From NCBI RefSeq assembly GCF_004010195.1, contig NC_057719.1, positions 40,587,073-40,651,072 on the forward strand: 64,000 nt of DNA, given 5' to 3'. This document shows positions 26,841 to 39,910 of the stretch, piece after piece (the stretch's first letter is position 1; every line of letters starts with the position of its first letter). Under the pieces are notes generated by a model that saw only the letters and a program-made list of their open reading frames with translations, made no database searches and was not told the DNA's origin. The position numbers were made by a program, and so were the translations under genes. This DNA is from Chiloscyllium plagiosum. Lineage: Eukaryota.

Positions 26841-28040
26841 TCTCCTTTATGACTTTACCCCGATATAGCAGGCAATTAGGAGTGCCAATAAAATGTCATC
26901 AGTTATAACAAGGGGAATTGGATATAAGACCATAAGACATAGGAGCAGAAATTAAGCCATTCAGCCCTTGGAGTCTGCTCCACCATTCAATCATGGCTGA
27001 TAAATTTCTTAGCCCCATTCTCCCCATAGCCCTTGACATTCTTGATACTCAAGAACCCATCCATCTCAGCCTTCTGTGATAATGAATACCATAGATTCAC
27101 CAGTCTCTGGCTGAAGATGCTTCTCCTTATTTCCATTCTAAAAAGTCTTCCCTTTACTCTAAGGTGACCTGGGCCCTAGTCTCTCCTACCAATGGAAACA
27201 TCTTCCCAACATCTTCTCTGTCCAGGTCAGTATTGTGTATGTTTCAATTAGATCCCTTCTCATCCTTCTTAACACCATCCAGTTTAGAAGTTAGCAAGGT
27301 TCGATCTCATGGAATACAGGGAGAACTAGCCATTTAAATACAGAACTGGCTCAAAGGTAGAAGACAGAGGGTGGTGGTGGAAGGTTGTTTTTCAGACTGG
27401 AGGCGTGTGACCAGTGGAGTGCCACAAGGATGGGTGCTGGGTCCATTACTTTTTGTCATTTACAGAAATGATTTGGATATGAACATAAGAGTTATAATTA
27501 GTAAGTTTACAGATGACACCAAAATTGGAGGTGTAGTGGACAGCGAAGAAGATTACCTCAGATTACAACTGGATCTTTATCAGATGGGCCAATGGGCTGA
27601 GAAGTGGCAGATGTAATTTAGTTTAGATAAATGTAAGGTGCTGCATTTTGGGAAAGCAAACCTTAGCAGGACTTATACACTTAATGGTAAGGTCCTGGGA
27701 GCGTTGCTGAACAGAGACCTTGGAGTGCAGGTTCATAGCTCCTTGAAAGTGGAATTGCAGGTAGATAGGATAGTGAAGAAGGCGTTTGGTATGCTTTCCT
27801 TTATTGGTCAGAGTATTGAGTACAGGAGTTGGGAGGTCATGTTGCGGCTGTACAGGACATTNNNNNNNNNNNNNNNNNNNNNNNNNNNNNNNNNNNNNNN
27901 NNNNNNNNNNNNNNNNNNNNNNNNNNNNNNNNNNNNNNNNNNNNNNNNNNNNNNNNNNNNNNNNNNNNNNNNNNNNNNNNNNNNNNNNNNNNNNNNNNNN
28001 NNNNNNNNNNNNNNNNNNNNNNNNNNNNNNNNNNNNNNNN

Positions 28041-28380
28041 GCCTAGGAACCCTCCAACCACAAGGGATGAATGCAGATTTCTCCAGCTTCCTCATTTCCC
28101 CTCTCACCACCTTTTCTCAGTCCCAACCCTCAAACTCAGAACCACCTTCTTGACCTGCAATCTTCTTCCCGACCTCTCCACGCACCCTCACCTTGGCCTC
28201 CTTCCACCTATCGCATTTCCAACGCCCCTCCCCCAAGTCCCTCCTCCCTACCTTTTATCTTAGCCTGCTGGACACACTTTCCTCATTCCTGAAGAAGGGC
28301 TTATGCCCGAAACGTCGATTCTCCTGTTCCTTGGATGCTGCCTGACCTGCTGCGCTTTTCCAGCAACACATTTTCAGCTA
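28041..28380 (+). mobile_element. PLE 3' end, family A: ORF C-terminus and pLTR with intact hammerhead core
   Basis: LGTLQPQGMNADFSSF is typical of the PLE GIY-YIG C-terminus; CTGAAGA-agggcttatgccc-GAAACGTC at 28289-28316. Confidence 0.85.
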
Positions 28381-28577
28381 ACACCAGTTTATAGTCCAAC
28401 AGGTTTAATTGGAAGCACTAGCTTTCCGAGCGTCGCTCCTTCATCAGGAGGTTGTTGAAGGTCTGATGAAGGAGCGGTGTTCCGAAAGCTAGTGCTTCTA
28501 ATTAAACCTGTTGGACTGTAACCTGGTGTTGTGTCATTTTTAACGTTGTACACTCTCCAACACCAGCATCTCCAAAT
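28381..28577 (+). mobile_element. PLE-derived fold-back element, family B
   Basis: Inverted arms; hammerhead cores at 28419-28447 (-) and 28463-28491 (+). Confidence 0.85.
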
Positions 28578-29299
28578 AGAGGGCATAGGTTTAGACTGAG
28601 AAGGGAAAGATATAAAAAAGTCTTCAGGATAACTTTTTCATGCAGAGGGTGTACGTGTATGGAATGAGCTGCCAGCAGAAGTGGTGGAGGCTAGTACGAT
28701 TGCAACATTCAAAAGGCATCTGGGTGTGTATGTGAATAGGAAGTGTTTGGAGGGATATGGGCCAGGCGCTGGCAGGTGGGCTACCTAGTCAGCATGGATG
28801 AGTTGGACCGAAGGGTCTGTTTCTGTGCTGTACATCTCTATGACTCTATGACTGTATGAATATAGACCCAGATTCCTTAAGTGTTCCTCATACGGTAAGC
28901 TTTTCATTCCTGGGACCATTCTCATGAAGCTCCTCTGAACACGCTCCAGGGCTGGTGCATCTTTCCTGAGATATGGGGACCAAACAGTGCACAACATTCC
29001 AAATGTGGTCTGACCAGCACCTTATAGAGCCTCAAAAGTATATCCCTACTTTGATATTCAAGTCCTGTCAAAATAAATGCCATCATTGCATTTGCCTGCC
29101 AAACTATTGACTCAAACTGTAAGTTTACCTTGAGAGAGTTCTGGACTGGAAGTCACAATTATCTTTGTACTTCAGAGTTCTAAATTTTCTTCCATTTTGG
29201 AAATAGTCCATGCCTCTATTCTTCCTACCAAAGTGCATGACCTCACATGTTGTACTCCATCTGCCATTTTTTTGCCCACTCTTCAAGTACAGACTGCTT

Positions 29300-30090
29300 G
29301 AGTACACAAGACATAGACTGCTGGTGAAAACTGCATCTGGAGTATTGCCGCTTCACAGGTCATCTTATTTAAGGAAGGATGTCAATGCATTGAAGGCAGT
29401 TCCAGCCCTGGAATTAATGCGTCACCTGATGAGGACAGATTGAACAGGCTAGGCTTGTATCCATGGGAGTTTAGAAGAATAAGAGACAACTTGATTGAAA
29501 CATATAAAATCTTGAGGTATCTGGACAGAGTAGATGGAGAGGCGGAGTTGGGTACTGTAGATGCTGGAGATTTGAGTCAAGATTAGAGTGGTGCTGGAAA
29601 ATTACAGCAGGTCAGGCAGCATCCGAGGAGCAGACAATCAATGTTTCGGACAAAAGGCCTTCATCAAGAATGAGCCCCTTCATTCCTGATGAAGGACTTT
29701 CGCCCGAAACTTTGATTTTCCTACTCATCAGATGCTGCCAGACCTGCTGTGCTTTTCCAGCATCACTCTAATCTTGAGAGTAGATGGAGAGGCATTTACT
29801 GTTATGGGAGAATCTCGAACTGCGGGTCTCTGCTTAAAAATCAGGATTACTTATGTAAAACAGAAATGAGATGTTTTCTTTTTCTCAGATGATAATGAGT
29901 CTTTGAAACTCTGTTCCTGAAAAGGTAGTGGAAACAAAGTCCTTGAACATTTTTAAGGCATAGGTATATAGGTTCTTGTTAAACAAGGTGATTAGGTGTG
30001 TGTGGGAATTTGGCTTTAAGGTTACATACAGATCAGCCATGATCTTGTTGAATGCTAGAACATGTTCAAGGGGCTGAATAGCCGACTCTT
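29300..30090 (+). mobile_element. Older CR1 3' part, split by a PLE palindrome
   Basis: SYLRKDVNAL..; CR1 3'UTR; 17-bp duplication at the insertion point. Confidence 0.75.
29544..29776 (-). mobile_element. PLE fold-back element, family A, 17-bp TSD
   Basis: TSD agagtagatggagaggc at 29527-29543 and 29777-29793. Confidence 0.88.
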
Positions 30091-30254
30091 TCTAACCTCA
30101 CCTTTCTGTATTATTGACCTATTATATCTAACATAAATTTGCCTTTTTTGAGCTATCTCACCTGGCTTGATTGTCAATACCTCAGGGTTTCAGGAAGAGG
30201 CAAGATTTGGGGTCCCTTTTTTTTGTGATGATGCATATATTATGTCAGCTTCAA

Positions 30255-30350
30255 AACATCAGGCGAGCCCCAGCTAGACAAAGGAAGTGCTTCAGTGATA
30301 TCCTCAAGGCCTCACTGGCAAAGTGCACCATTCCTACAGAATAAGCACAA
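30255..30350 (+). mobile_element. RTE-like LINE ORF-end remnant
   Basis: RQRKCFSDILKASLAKCTIP resembles the RTE C-terminal QRKRFKDTLKASL motif. Confidence 0.6.
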
Positions 30351-30853
30351 GAGTTTCTATTCAATGTTGTGGTATCTGTGCCCATTTCAGATGGTGGCTA
30401 TGCACGTGAAAAGGGCCATGACCAATTTAGTAATGGCCCAAACTCCCCAGAAGGTCAAATGTGAAGGATTATCAGCTTTAGTACAAAAAAATGGGCCAAT
30501 AATTTAAAATTTATAAACAAAAGTCTTCTGTGAAAGGGAAGTAAAGTACAGTTGGTTTTTAAATCCTATGATGACAGCTTTCACTGAATGTAAGCAATTT
30601 ACAGTCTTGAGTGTTCTGATACTTCATATTAAAAAAAAAGTTCTGCTGTTCAGATTTTTGGATATTTTGCTTGTCAGTCAGCAGTGACTCTTATCTTTTT
30701 CTGCAGGCACACTGAACTTATCAAAGTATTGTAGCAGGCTGGTGCCCAGTTCTCTAACAAAGAGGTTATCTTTGTGAGAACTGACATGTGTAAGTACGAT
30801 TTCCTGTTTGTTGCGTGTCATGGCTGATTCATGCACACTCTTTACTGTAAGCA

Positions 30854-30873
30854 TGCCACCTGGCGGTACTGCA
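30854..30873 (-). promoter_or_regulatory. Candidate CTCF site
   Basis: Minus strand tgcagtaCCGCCAGGTGGCA is close to the CCASYAGRKGGCR core; lies in non-repeat DNA. Confidence 0.45.
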
Positions 30874-32004
30874 AGATCAAAAGAATAATTGTGGAACAGT
30901 GTGAATAATACTGTTTAATTTATCACATTTTTTGTTTAAGTTTCTATTATTTGAGTGCTTTGAAAAAGGAGGCCATGTTATTAGATTTTTTTTCTCAATT
31001 GCTTATACCTTATCGTTGAAAAGCACAGATTTAAAAATATTTTAACAATTTATAAAGCACATATGGTTCACAAAATTGTATGATATTTAAATTTAATATA
31101 CAGTCTATTCAAGTAAAATAATTTCTTTTCCTCCCCCAACACCAGACCAGAATTTGAAAGCCAATTTATGAAGGGTCAGGTACAGGTATAATTGACATAT
31201 AATTTGGTGTTTGTGCTATATTAAGAAACCAGTTTGTATTAAAAGAATATGGACCTGCTTTTACTCCATTCAATTCCTCACAAACTCTCAACCTCAGCAT
31301 TAGATTCAGCAGCACATATAGAATAGAGTATTTCTTTACCACTGCGGAGGAGGGGATATTGGCTCATCCATTATGGCGGTTACTCTGTCATCAAGTTACT
31401 AAATCGTGTTGACAGTTGCTAAAGAGGGACTGATCTGTCTAACGTCTCTGTGAATATGCACATTGTGGGGGAAGGGAAGGAGATTGTCAACTGTCTGCTG
31501 CTCGTGTTACTGGCATGCCCCAGAGAAGAATCCTAATAGCATTCCCAGTGAGCAATATGCCTCTCAGTAAGGCATGACTGAAAATGGGAGGTCAGCATTT
31601 GAGAAATGGGTACTAGGGAACACTTTGGTTGTCTGATAGGGTCCCAAACCCCAACACATGTGGCTTAAATGAGGGCCTGTAAGGAGGAAACAGCCTGAGT
31701 TTAATGCACCTCAAATAGTCAAATCAATTTGGATTTTGGACTCATATTTGAATGTTCAAGTACAAGTACAAAAACTGTATACCAATTTGTGTCAAGTGGT
31801 GAGCAGCCTAACCAGTAGTCTTTGACAGCAAGACTTATTCCAAAAAGATCCCATGACATGCTGATTGCCTCTGTTGGACAATTCCCAGTGGCCTGGGCAC
31901 AGCTATGTGAATCAACAATGAAAGCTTTCTGTCCAATACAGTGCACATATTCATAGCTTTAACCAGCTGAGTAATTGGAGAAATTTGAGAAAGATTAAGG
32001 ATTT

Positions 32005-32320
32005 TGGGGCAGCACGGTGGCTCAGTGGTTAGCACTACTGCATCACATCGCCAGGGACCCCTGTTCGATTCCAGCCTCAGGCGACTGCCTGTATGGACTT
32101 TGCACATTCTCCCCGTGTCTGCGTGGGTTTCCTCCGGATGCTCCGGTTTCCTCCTACAAGCACAAAGATGTGCAGGTTAGGTGAATTGGCCATTCTAACT
32201 TGCCCATAGAGTTGGGTGTATTAGTTTGAGGGAAATTGGTTTGGGTGGATTACTCTTCAGATGGTGAGTGTGGACTTGTTGGGCCGAAGGGCCTGTTTCC
32301 ACACTGTAGGGAATCTAATT
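32005..32320 (+). mobile_element. HE1-like V-SINE, full length
   Basis: A-box tggctcagtgg, B-box gttcgattcc, V-domain tttgcacattctccccgtgtctgcgtgggtttcctccgg, CR1-type tail. Confidence 0.92.
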
Positions 32321-32366
32321 AGTTGAATTTAAATTATGATTGTGATTTCTATTTGGTGGGGCTTAC

Positions 32367-32520
32367 TTTATCATCAAAAGCATTTCTTTGATTACAACTA
32401 GCTTTCTGTCCATTATCGTTCACATCATTTTGATGAACTCTCCGATCTCCAAGGAATTCTACTTGGATTTTAGGTAAAACACAGCTATCACTGGCTATCA
32501 CTACTACACAATTGCTGGCA
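32367..32520 (-). other. Candidate 154-nt exon of an unidentified transcript
   Basis: Acceptor ttttgctgtgtttcag, donor AAA|gtaagc; exactly one open frame (ASNCVVVIASDSCVLPKIQVEFLGD..DDK). Confidence 0.35.
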
Positions 32521-34077
32521 CTGAAACACAGCAAAAGTAATTTATTTTAAGTTTTAATTTGGCACCACAACATTTGCAATCGGCTATGCTCCATGTAATT
32601 TCATCTCCATGAAATGTCATGGACTTTTAAGTTCCCAAAAATAAGCCCTTATAAGAACTTTGGGTGCTGGAGATTAGCAATAATCTAGTGTCACTGTTGT
32701 GCTATATGATTAAAAAAAAGCATTATTTGATCCATTTGTTTAATTTGTCCACTTTGATGATATGCCTGCCTATAATATGCTGGTATACTTTGTGTCAATT
32801 CTCTGTGAGAAATTGAGGAGGTATATAAATAGCCGCCTTGTGGCAGAGCATGTTTGTGATTGATTTCACCTATTGTTGAAAAATTGGCCGTGGGTGGCTG
32901 GGAATTCTGTCATTTTGCTCTGGGTGGAGGGGGAGGGAAGTTGAAGAGCAACTTGGCCTGTTGAACTAAGTCACAAGAAACCACATAAGCTCCAAAGGAG
33001 TGTCTCTTTGTGCTGATGCTCAGTATGCATAGTCACAAAACCCCTCCTAGACCTGTCTGCTGTCGTTCATAATTCTGGTTCAACCTGTTTTCTTCATGCC
33101 AACCGATAGTGTCAGGTGGAGCTATTGTGTAGCAAACTGGAATGAGGCTCCAGGTGCACACTTCTGAAACTTTTATTCACATTTGACTGCAGATTCCCAA
33201 AACTTTTTAAACTTTAAAAAAATCCTAGGAATGTGAACCAATTCCATATTCCAGTGGGATACTCCAAAATAATGTTTCACTTAAACTTGTGTTTGTTCTT
33301 TTTGGTGAAAATAAATCTGTAATTTAAGGCTGAGTTTCTTAAATATGGTGGCGTTTCTTACAATGCAGCAGGACATTGATTCCTCAGGGGAAGTTATAAA
33401 TGAGTCATGATAACAAAACCAAAATTGATCCATGTTTGCAATGAAAAACATGTCAGCCATGGTTCTCCACCCTGCCCAGAAAACTTCACAGAATCAGGTA
33501 AGAATCCAATATAGTGCCAATTTCAACTCCTCCATCCCTACTGAAGTAGAGAGAAAAATTGAGTTGCGATGATCTTTGACCTTGAGCAATTGGAAAGAAA
33601 CACCAATGTGGAGTAATAGGCAGACTAAAGATCCCAAAATGCATCTGTGGTAATAGGTTATTAGAGCACCACCTTCTGGATGAATACATAAATATAATTT
33701 AATAAAGAAGCAAACAAATAAATAAATCCCAGCAAAGCCAACAAATATGAAGCAGAATGAACTTAAATTCTTTAAAAAATGGAAAACTTTGCAGACACTA
33801 GAAATCTTAAATAAAGGAACCTAGTCTGTATTGCATAAAATACCTGGTCACAACAGTCAGCTGACTGACCAGTTGTGAACTGCACAACTTAAGAACTGCA
33901 TTCTTCTTAAGTTATGCAGTTCAGAAATATTTTTTGTTTACAGGTTTGGGGAAGTTTTTCTAACCTGATTCGGCTCACATCTCTGGTTGCGAAGAATTGA
34001 TATATAGTTACTGCTCGAAGGTACATGTCAACTTAGAAGTGGATAGAATCAGAGTTGCAATCTCCTAAATCTGTGTT

Positions 34078-34770
34078 GAGTCATAGAGCTATACAGCATG
34101 GAAACAGACTCTTCGGTCCAACTCGTCCATGCCGGCTAGATATCCCAACCCAATCTAGTCCCATTTGCCAGCACCCAGCCCATATCCCTCCAAACCCTTC
34201 CTATTCATATACCCATCCAAATGCCTCTTAAATGTTGCAATTGTACCAGCCTCCACCACATCCTCTGGCAGCTCATTCCATACACGTACCACCCTCTGTG
34301 TGAAAAAGTTGCCCCTTAGGTCTCTTTTATATCTTTCCCCTCTCACCCTAAACCTATGCCCTCTAGTTCTGGACGACTCCTCCCCAGGGAAAAGACCTTG
34401 TCTATTTATCCTACCCATGCCCCTTATGATTTTATAAATCTCTATAAGGTCATCCCTTAGCCTTCGATACTCAGGAAAACAGCCCTGGCCTATTCAGCCT
34501 CTCCCTATAGCTCAAATCCTCCAACCCTGGCAACATCCTTGTAAATCTTTTCTGAACCCTTTCAAGTTTCACAACATCTTTCCGATAAGAAGGAGACCAG
34601 AATTGCACGCAATATTCCAAAAGTGGCCTAATCAATGTCCTGTACAGCCGCAACATGACCTCCCAACTCCTGTACTCAATACTCTGACCAATAAAGGCAA
34701 GCATACCAAACGCCTGAGACTCTACTTTCAAGGAGCTATGAACCTGCATTCCTAGGTCCTTTTGTTCACT
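34078..34770 (-). mobile_element. HER1/CR1 3' end
   Basis: RPLLEYCVQFWSPSYRKD, RGNFFTQRVV. Confidence 0.92.
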
Positions 34771-34848
34771 TTGATAGTGATTTCAATCATGTATTTTAAT
34801 TTAGTGGGCTGCCATAAAGAATCAAAATACTGGTGATTCCATTGTAGA

Positions 34849-35040
34849 AGAAAGTGAGAACTGCAGATGCTGGAGATCAGAGCTGAAAATGTGTTGCTGG
34901 AAAAGCGCAGCAGGTCAGGCAGCATCCAAGGAACAGGAGAACCGATGTTTCGGGCATAAGCTTTCCTGAAGAAGGGCTTATGCCCGAAACGTCGATTCTC
35001 CTGTTCCTTGGATGCTGCCTGACCTGCTGCGCTTTTCCAG
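34849..35040 (-). mobile_element. PLE fold-back element, family A, ~14-bp TSD
   Basis: TSD gattccattgtaga at 34835-34848 and 35040-35053; intact plus-strand core ctgaagaagggcttatgcccgaaacgtc. Confidence 0.88.
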
Positions 35041-35475
35041 ATTCCATTGTAGACTTTTGTCTGGCCCTCAGTGTGCTGCCCTATTACTGTTCACCACTAG
35101 ATTACAGCTCCAGACATTTCAAAATGTAATGGCATCCAGTGCACCCGCATAGCCCGTTGTGCACTGTTAGGCCGGAGCTAGCCAGCATGAATCCTGATAT
35201 TTACCCCAGACTGATTTTTGCACTCCAGCTGACTGTCCAGAGAAGTCCAGACTGATTTGTTTTGACTTCCAGGACTGATAGTAACCCAGTTTCTGGACTG
35301 TAAAAGTGTCGATCCCCTAATTTACGTTAGTCCAATGACTGGCTCCCTCAACCTACCCACAGATAGGAAAAGGCCTGCAAGTGACATGCATTAGCACAGA
35401 GGGCCCTGTTCCTTCCAAGTAGAAAGAACATGTACACCAACTGTACCTGTTTTAAGTGAACAAAATGGGTGACAG

Positions 35476-35694
35476 AGTTGAGAGTGTGCTGCTGGAAAAT
35501 CACAGCAGATCAGGCATCTGAGGAGCAGGAGAATGGAAGTTTCAGGCATAATCCCTTCATCAGGAATGTCCAATGAAGGGCTTATGCCTGAAACGCCAAT
35601 TCTCCTGCTCCTCGGATGCTGCCTGGCCTGCTGTGCTTTTCCAGCACCACACTGTCGATTCTGATCTCCAGCATCTACAATCCTCACTTTCTCT
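35476..35694 (+). mobile_element. PLE fold-back element, family A, 14-bp TSD
   Basis: TSD aaaatgggtgacag at 35462-35475 and 35695-35708. Confidence 0.88.
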
Positions 35695-35929
35695 AAAATG
35701 GGTGACAGTTCATTTTCTGGGCATTGTCAAGCAGAGTCATCCTGCTGGGTTTAAAATTTAAACAAGACTTGGCAATTAACTGTCAGTCGTCATTATCAGT
35801 TGCACTTTCCTCAACAATCCCTCTCACAACTTGAGTCCATATACCAATCAATCATCGCTCTCCTCTCATAACATGAAACAACACTTTTCCCATTTATCTG
35901 TACTTGGTTCGTAGCCTACTATACCCTGA

Positions 35930-38900
35930 CATTTTAAGTACTCAACCAGATGATTCTTAAATATTGCAAGAGCCCCTCTCTCCATCATTGTTTTTACCTC
36001 TGTCTCCATCTCCCTCTCAGGCCTCACATTCCATATTTCTACCAGCAGGGAGAAAGTGAAGATTGTAGATGCTGGAAATCAGAGTTGAGAAGTGTGGTGC
36101 TGGAAAAGCACAGCTGGTCAGGCAGCATCTGAGGAGCAGGAGAGTCGACGTTTCGGGGATAAGCCCTTCATCAGGAAGAGCTTATGCTCGAAACGTCGAT
36201 TCTCCTGCTCCTTGGCTGCCACCTGACTGGCTGTGCATTTCCAGCACCACACTTTTCAACCAACATATTTCTATCAGCCCCTTGGTTAAAAATATTTTTC
36301 CTTAGATCCTCTCTAAACAACTTCCTTCTCACTTTAGAGTTATTCCCTCTAGTCTTAAAGACATCTGCCATGGGGAAAAGATTCTCACAGTCTACCCTGT
36401 CTATGCCCCTCATAAGTTTGTATACCTCAATCAGATCCCTCCTCAGCTCCAGGGAAAGCAAACAGCCTATCCAATCTCTCCTCATAACTAAGAGTTTCCA
36501 TCTCAAGCAACATCCTGATGAATCTCTTCTGTACCCTCTCCAGTGCAGTCACATTCTTCTGATAGTGTGGCAACCAGAAGTGTGCACAGTATTCCATCTG
36601 GAGCCAAACCCAATGTTTTATAAAGTTGTAACAAGACTTCTTTGCTGTTATATTCTACATGGCTAAAAAACTTCTTTGCTTCTACATTTAAAGCCCTGGC
36701 CGGTGAAGGCAAGCAGCCCATATGCCTTCTTCACCCACCTGCCTACCTTTGCTGACATCTTTTGGTATCTATGAATTGTACATCAAGGTCCCCCTGTCCC
36801 TCTATACTCCATAGGGACCTACCATTCATTGTATTTATCCTTTCTTATTAGATTGTCGAAAGTACATGACCTCACACTTATCAGAATTAACTTCTATCTA
36901 CCATTTCTCTGCCCAATTTACCAGCTGATCAATTTCAGACTGTGTAACTTGAGACCATCCTCCTTGCTATCAAAACACCACCAATCTTGATGTCATCTGC
37001 AAAATTACTAATTGTACCTTTATATTCACATCCACGTCATTCATGTAAATAACAAATGGCAAGGATCCCAGCAACGAAACCCTCTGGTACACTGCTAGTT
37101 ACAGGCTTCCAATACAAAAACAACCCTCCACCATTCCTCTTTTGTCTCCTATTTGTAAGCCAGTTTTGGCTCCACTTTGCCAACTTGTCTTGGATCCCAT
37201 GGGTTCTTAACTTATGGACCAGCCTTCCATGTGTGACCTTGTCAATGGTCTTACTGGAGTCCATATAAATGACATCAACGGCACTACCCTCATCAATATA
37301 TTTAGTCACCTTTTAAAGAAACTCAATTAATTGGTCAGCTAGGATCTCCCTCCAACAAATCCATGCTGACTATTCTTGATTAGTCATAGCCTTTCCAAGT
37401 GTTGATTAATCATGTCTCCCTTCTTGAACAAAGGAATCACATCAGCTATCCTCAAGTCATCTGGCACTTCACTGTTGCTATTGAGGTATTGAATATCTCC
37501 ACCAAGCCCTCCACAATCTCCTCCCTTGTCTCCCTGGGATACATTTTATCAGGCCCTGGGGCTTTATGTACCTTTATGGCCATTAAAACATTTAGTATTT
37601 CCTTCTTATTAATCCTAACGTGCTCTAGGACCTCACCATCCCAAATGAAATTCCAGCTATAATGTCTTCCTCCTGTGTGAATGCAAGTGAAAAATATTCA
37701 TTTAAGACCTCATGCACACTTTCTGGCTGCTTGACAGGTTGCCCCTTTGGTCTCTAATAGATCCCACTCTTTCCTCAGTAATCCTCTTGACCTTAATGCT
37801 CACAAAATTCCTTGGCGTTTTCCTTAATCCAATTGCCCAGATATTTTGTGACATCTCTTTGTCCTCCTAATTTCTTTTTAAGCAACCCCACCCCACTCCT
37901 CTACATGATCTCTGTGTTTCTGAGGAGCCTCCCCTGTTTTTAATGCTTTGTACCTAACACGTGCTTCCTTGTTTTACTTTACCAGACTCTCAATATTTTT
38001 GACATCCAGGGTTTTCTGGATTGCTGCCCTTGCCCTTCACTCTTAGAGGAACATGCTGCCCCTGAACGCTCACTATACTATTTTTAAAAGTCTCCCACTT
38101 TCCGAATTTGACTTCCCTGTAAGTAGCTGTTTGCCCAATGACAGTTCAACCACTTGAACTGCTTTATTTGCTAGGATTAGGTCTAGCACTGCTGCATCTC
38201 TGACAGGACCATCTACATCCTGGTACAAAAAGCTCTCCTCAGTGCACTTTCTATCCTGAATAATCCTTTCATACTAAGGTGATTGTAGTTAATGTTAGCA
38301 TGGTTGAAATCCCCTACTACTGTAACCCTATTTCTCTCACAAGTCCCTGTGATTTGTTTATATATCTGCTCCTCTATCTCCCTCTGACAATTGGGAGGCC
38401 AGTAGTACAAGGCCAGTGATCACCCCTCTTTTTTATTTCTGGATTTTACCCGGAAGGCCTCATTTGAATACCGTTCTAGGACTTCCTCCCTCATTGCTGC
38501 AGTGATTGTTTCTTTTATCAACAAAGCAATGCTCCCATCTCACTTATATTCCACCACTTATATCCCTACCCAATTATGCCTGAAATGTCTATACCCAGTG
38601 ATGTTTAGCTGCAAGTCTTGCCCTTCCTTCAACTCTGTTTCAGTAATAGAATGGAAAAGAAAAAAAATATTGTCATGTGTACTTTTACTTGAAAAATACA
38701 GTGAAAAGTTGCAAGGTCATCCCACCACACTACCTACATCAATGAGAGAAGTCAAACATAATGATAAATGTAAAATTAACACAAAGTTAAGATTGCAACA
38801 ATTTCATATTCCCACGTACTGGAGAATGCTCGATGTTCATCCGCCTTACCAGTCAAGCTCCTTGCATTAAATTGATACAATTTAGTTTTCCAGTCCTCTC

Positions 38901-39110
38901 ATGTGCCTTATCCTGCCCATCTCCTCTCTGCCTACTAGACTGTCCTGGTATTCCTTGTATATCTCACTGAACCTTGCTCCCGACTTTACACCTACTCTGT
39001 GCCCCTTCCCCCTGCCAAGCTAGTTTAAAACTTCCTTAACAAAACAAGCAAATCTCCCAGCAAAGACAATGGACCCATTCTGGTTCAGGAGTAACTCATT
39101 CAGCTTATAC
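35930..39110 (-). mobile_element. Long, older CR1 copy with internal deletions and inserts
   Basis: RRDLIEVYK, IDEGSAVDVIYMD, VGDFN ORFs in correct order on the minus strand. Confidence 0.85.
36047..36263 (-). mobile_element. PLE fold-back element, family A, 15-bp TSD
   Basis: TSD catatttctaYcagc at 36032-36046 and 36264-36278. Confidence 0.88.
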
Positions 39111-39621
39111 AGTCCATTTTATGGGATGCATTTCCATATTTCTGGCATCTTTAATTGCTGAATCACACCAGTTTCCATGAAATTCTTTCCTTGATTGATA
39201 CCTTGATTTTGAGCTTTGTTTGGGAGAAAGGTCTACAGACATGGCTCTGAGTGTGCAACTGGTGCTTTAATGAGACACTTTGTGCATAGAGATATGTGTT
39301 GAGGCAATGGATGGCCTCTCTCTAACACCTATGAATTCGCTGTTAGGAAGTAGATCAGAGAAGCCTATCTCGACATTTTTTTCAAAGGACAAAAACTCTC
39401 CTTAAAATTTGCTGTCCATCTGAAGTGATTTGGTAATCATCTGTTTGCTACCACTACCTGACCCAACATTTATCTATGTAAAATGCACTGTGCCAACAGA
39501 TTTTCACAATTGATTTTTTTTGTCAATACGCAAGCTTCAGAGAAGTGATTGGCATTATAATAATCAAAATGTTCACCTTATATGTAGCATGTTGTGAGAT
39601 GAAAAAATGGAAATTATTAAT

Positions 39622-39910
39622 ATTTGATTTGATTTGATTTATTGTAGTCCCATGTACTTAAGTACAGTGGAAAGTATTGTTTTTTGTGCACTACAAGCAA
39701 CTCAAAACAAGGACATACAGATCATGGGGTGTTTGAACAGATTGAGACGTTCAAAGTTACAGCTGCACAGGAAGTGTACAAAAAGCAAGATCAACATTAG
39801 ATTTCAAATTAGAGAGGTCCATTCAGCAATCTGATAACAGCAGGGAAGAAGCTGTTCTTGAACCTATTGATACGTGTATTTAAGCTTTTGTATCTTCTGC
39901 CTGGTGGAAG
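39622..39910 (-). mobile_element. Rex/Babar-like LINE 3' end
   Basis: (aaatc)n tail; aagaacagcttcttccctgctgttatcag as at 47850. Confidence 0.75.

Larger units (their letters stand above)
27287..28857 (+). mobile_element. HER1/CR1 3' part containing gap 27862-28040 and PLE inserts
   Basis: VTSGVPQG, SKFTDDTK; resumes at 28578; tail ctctatgactctatgact. Confidence 0.9.
26925..29290 (-). mobile_element. CR1 3' part, split by a nested plus-strand CR1
   Basis: Tail agaccataagacatagg at 26927; body resumes at ~28860 (VWSPYLRKD..LERVQR). Confidence 0.8.

Noticed and set aside
19497..28263. ORFs containing X runs
   Set aside because: They span assembly gaps (19545-19672, 23089-23274, 27862-28040) inside CR1 copies.
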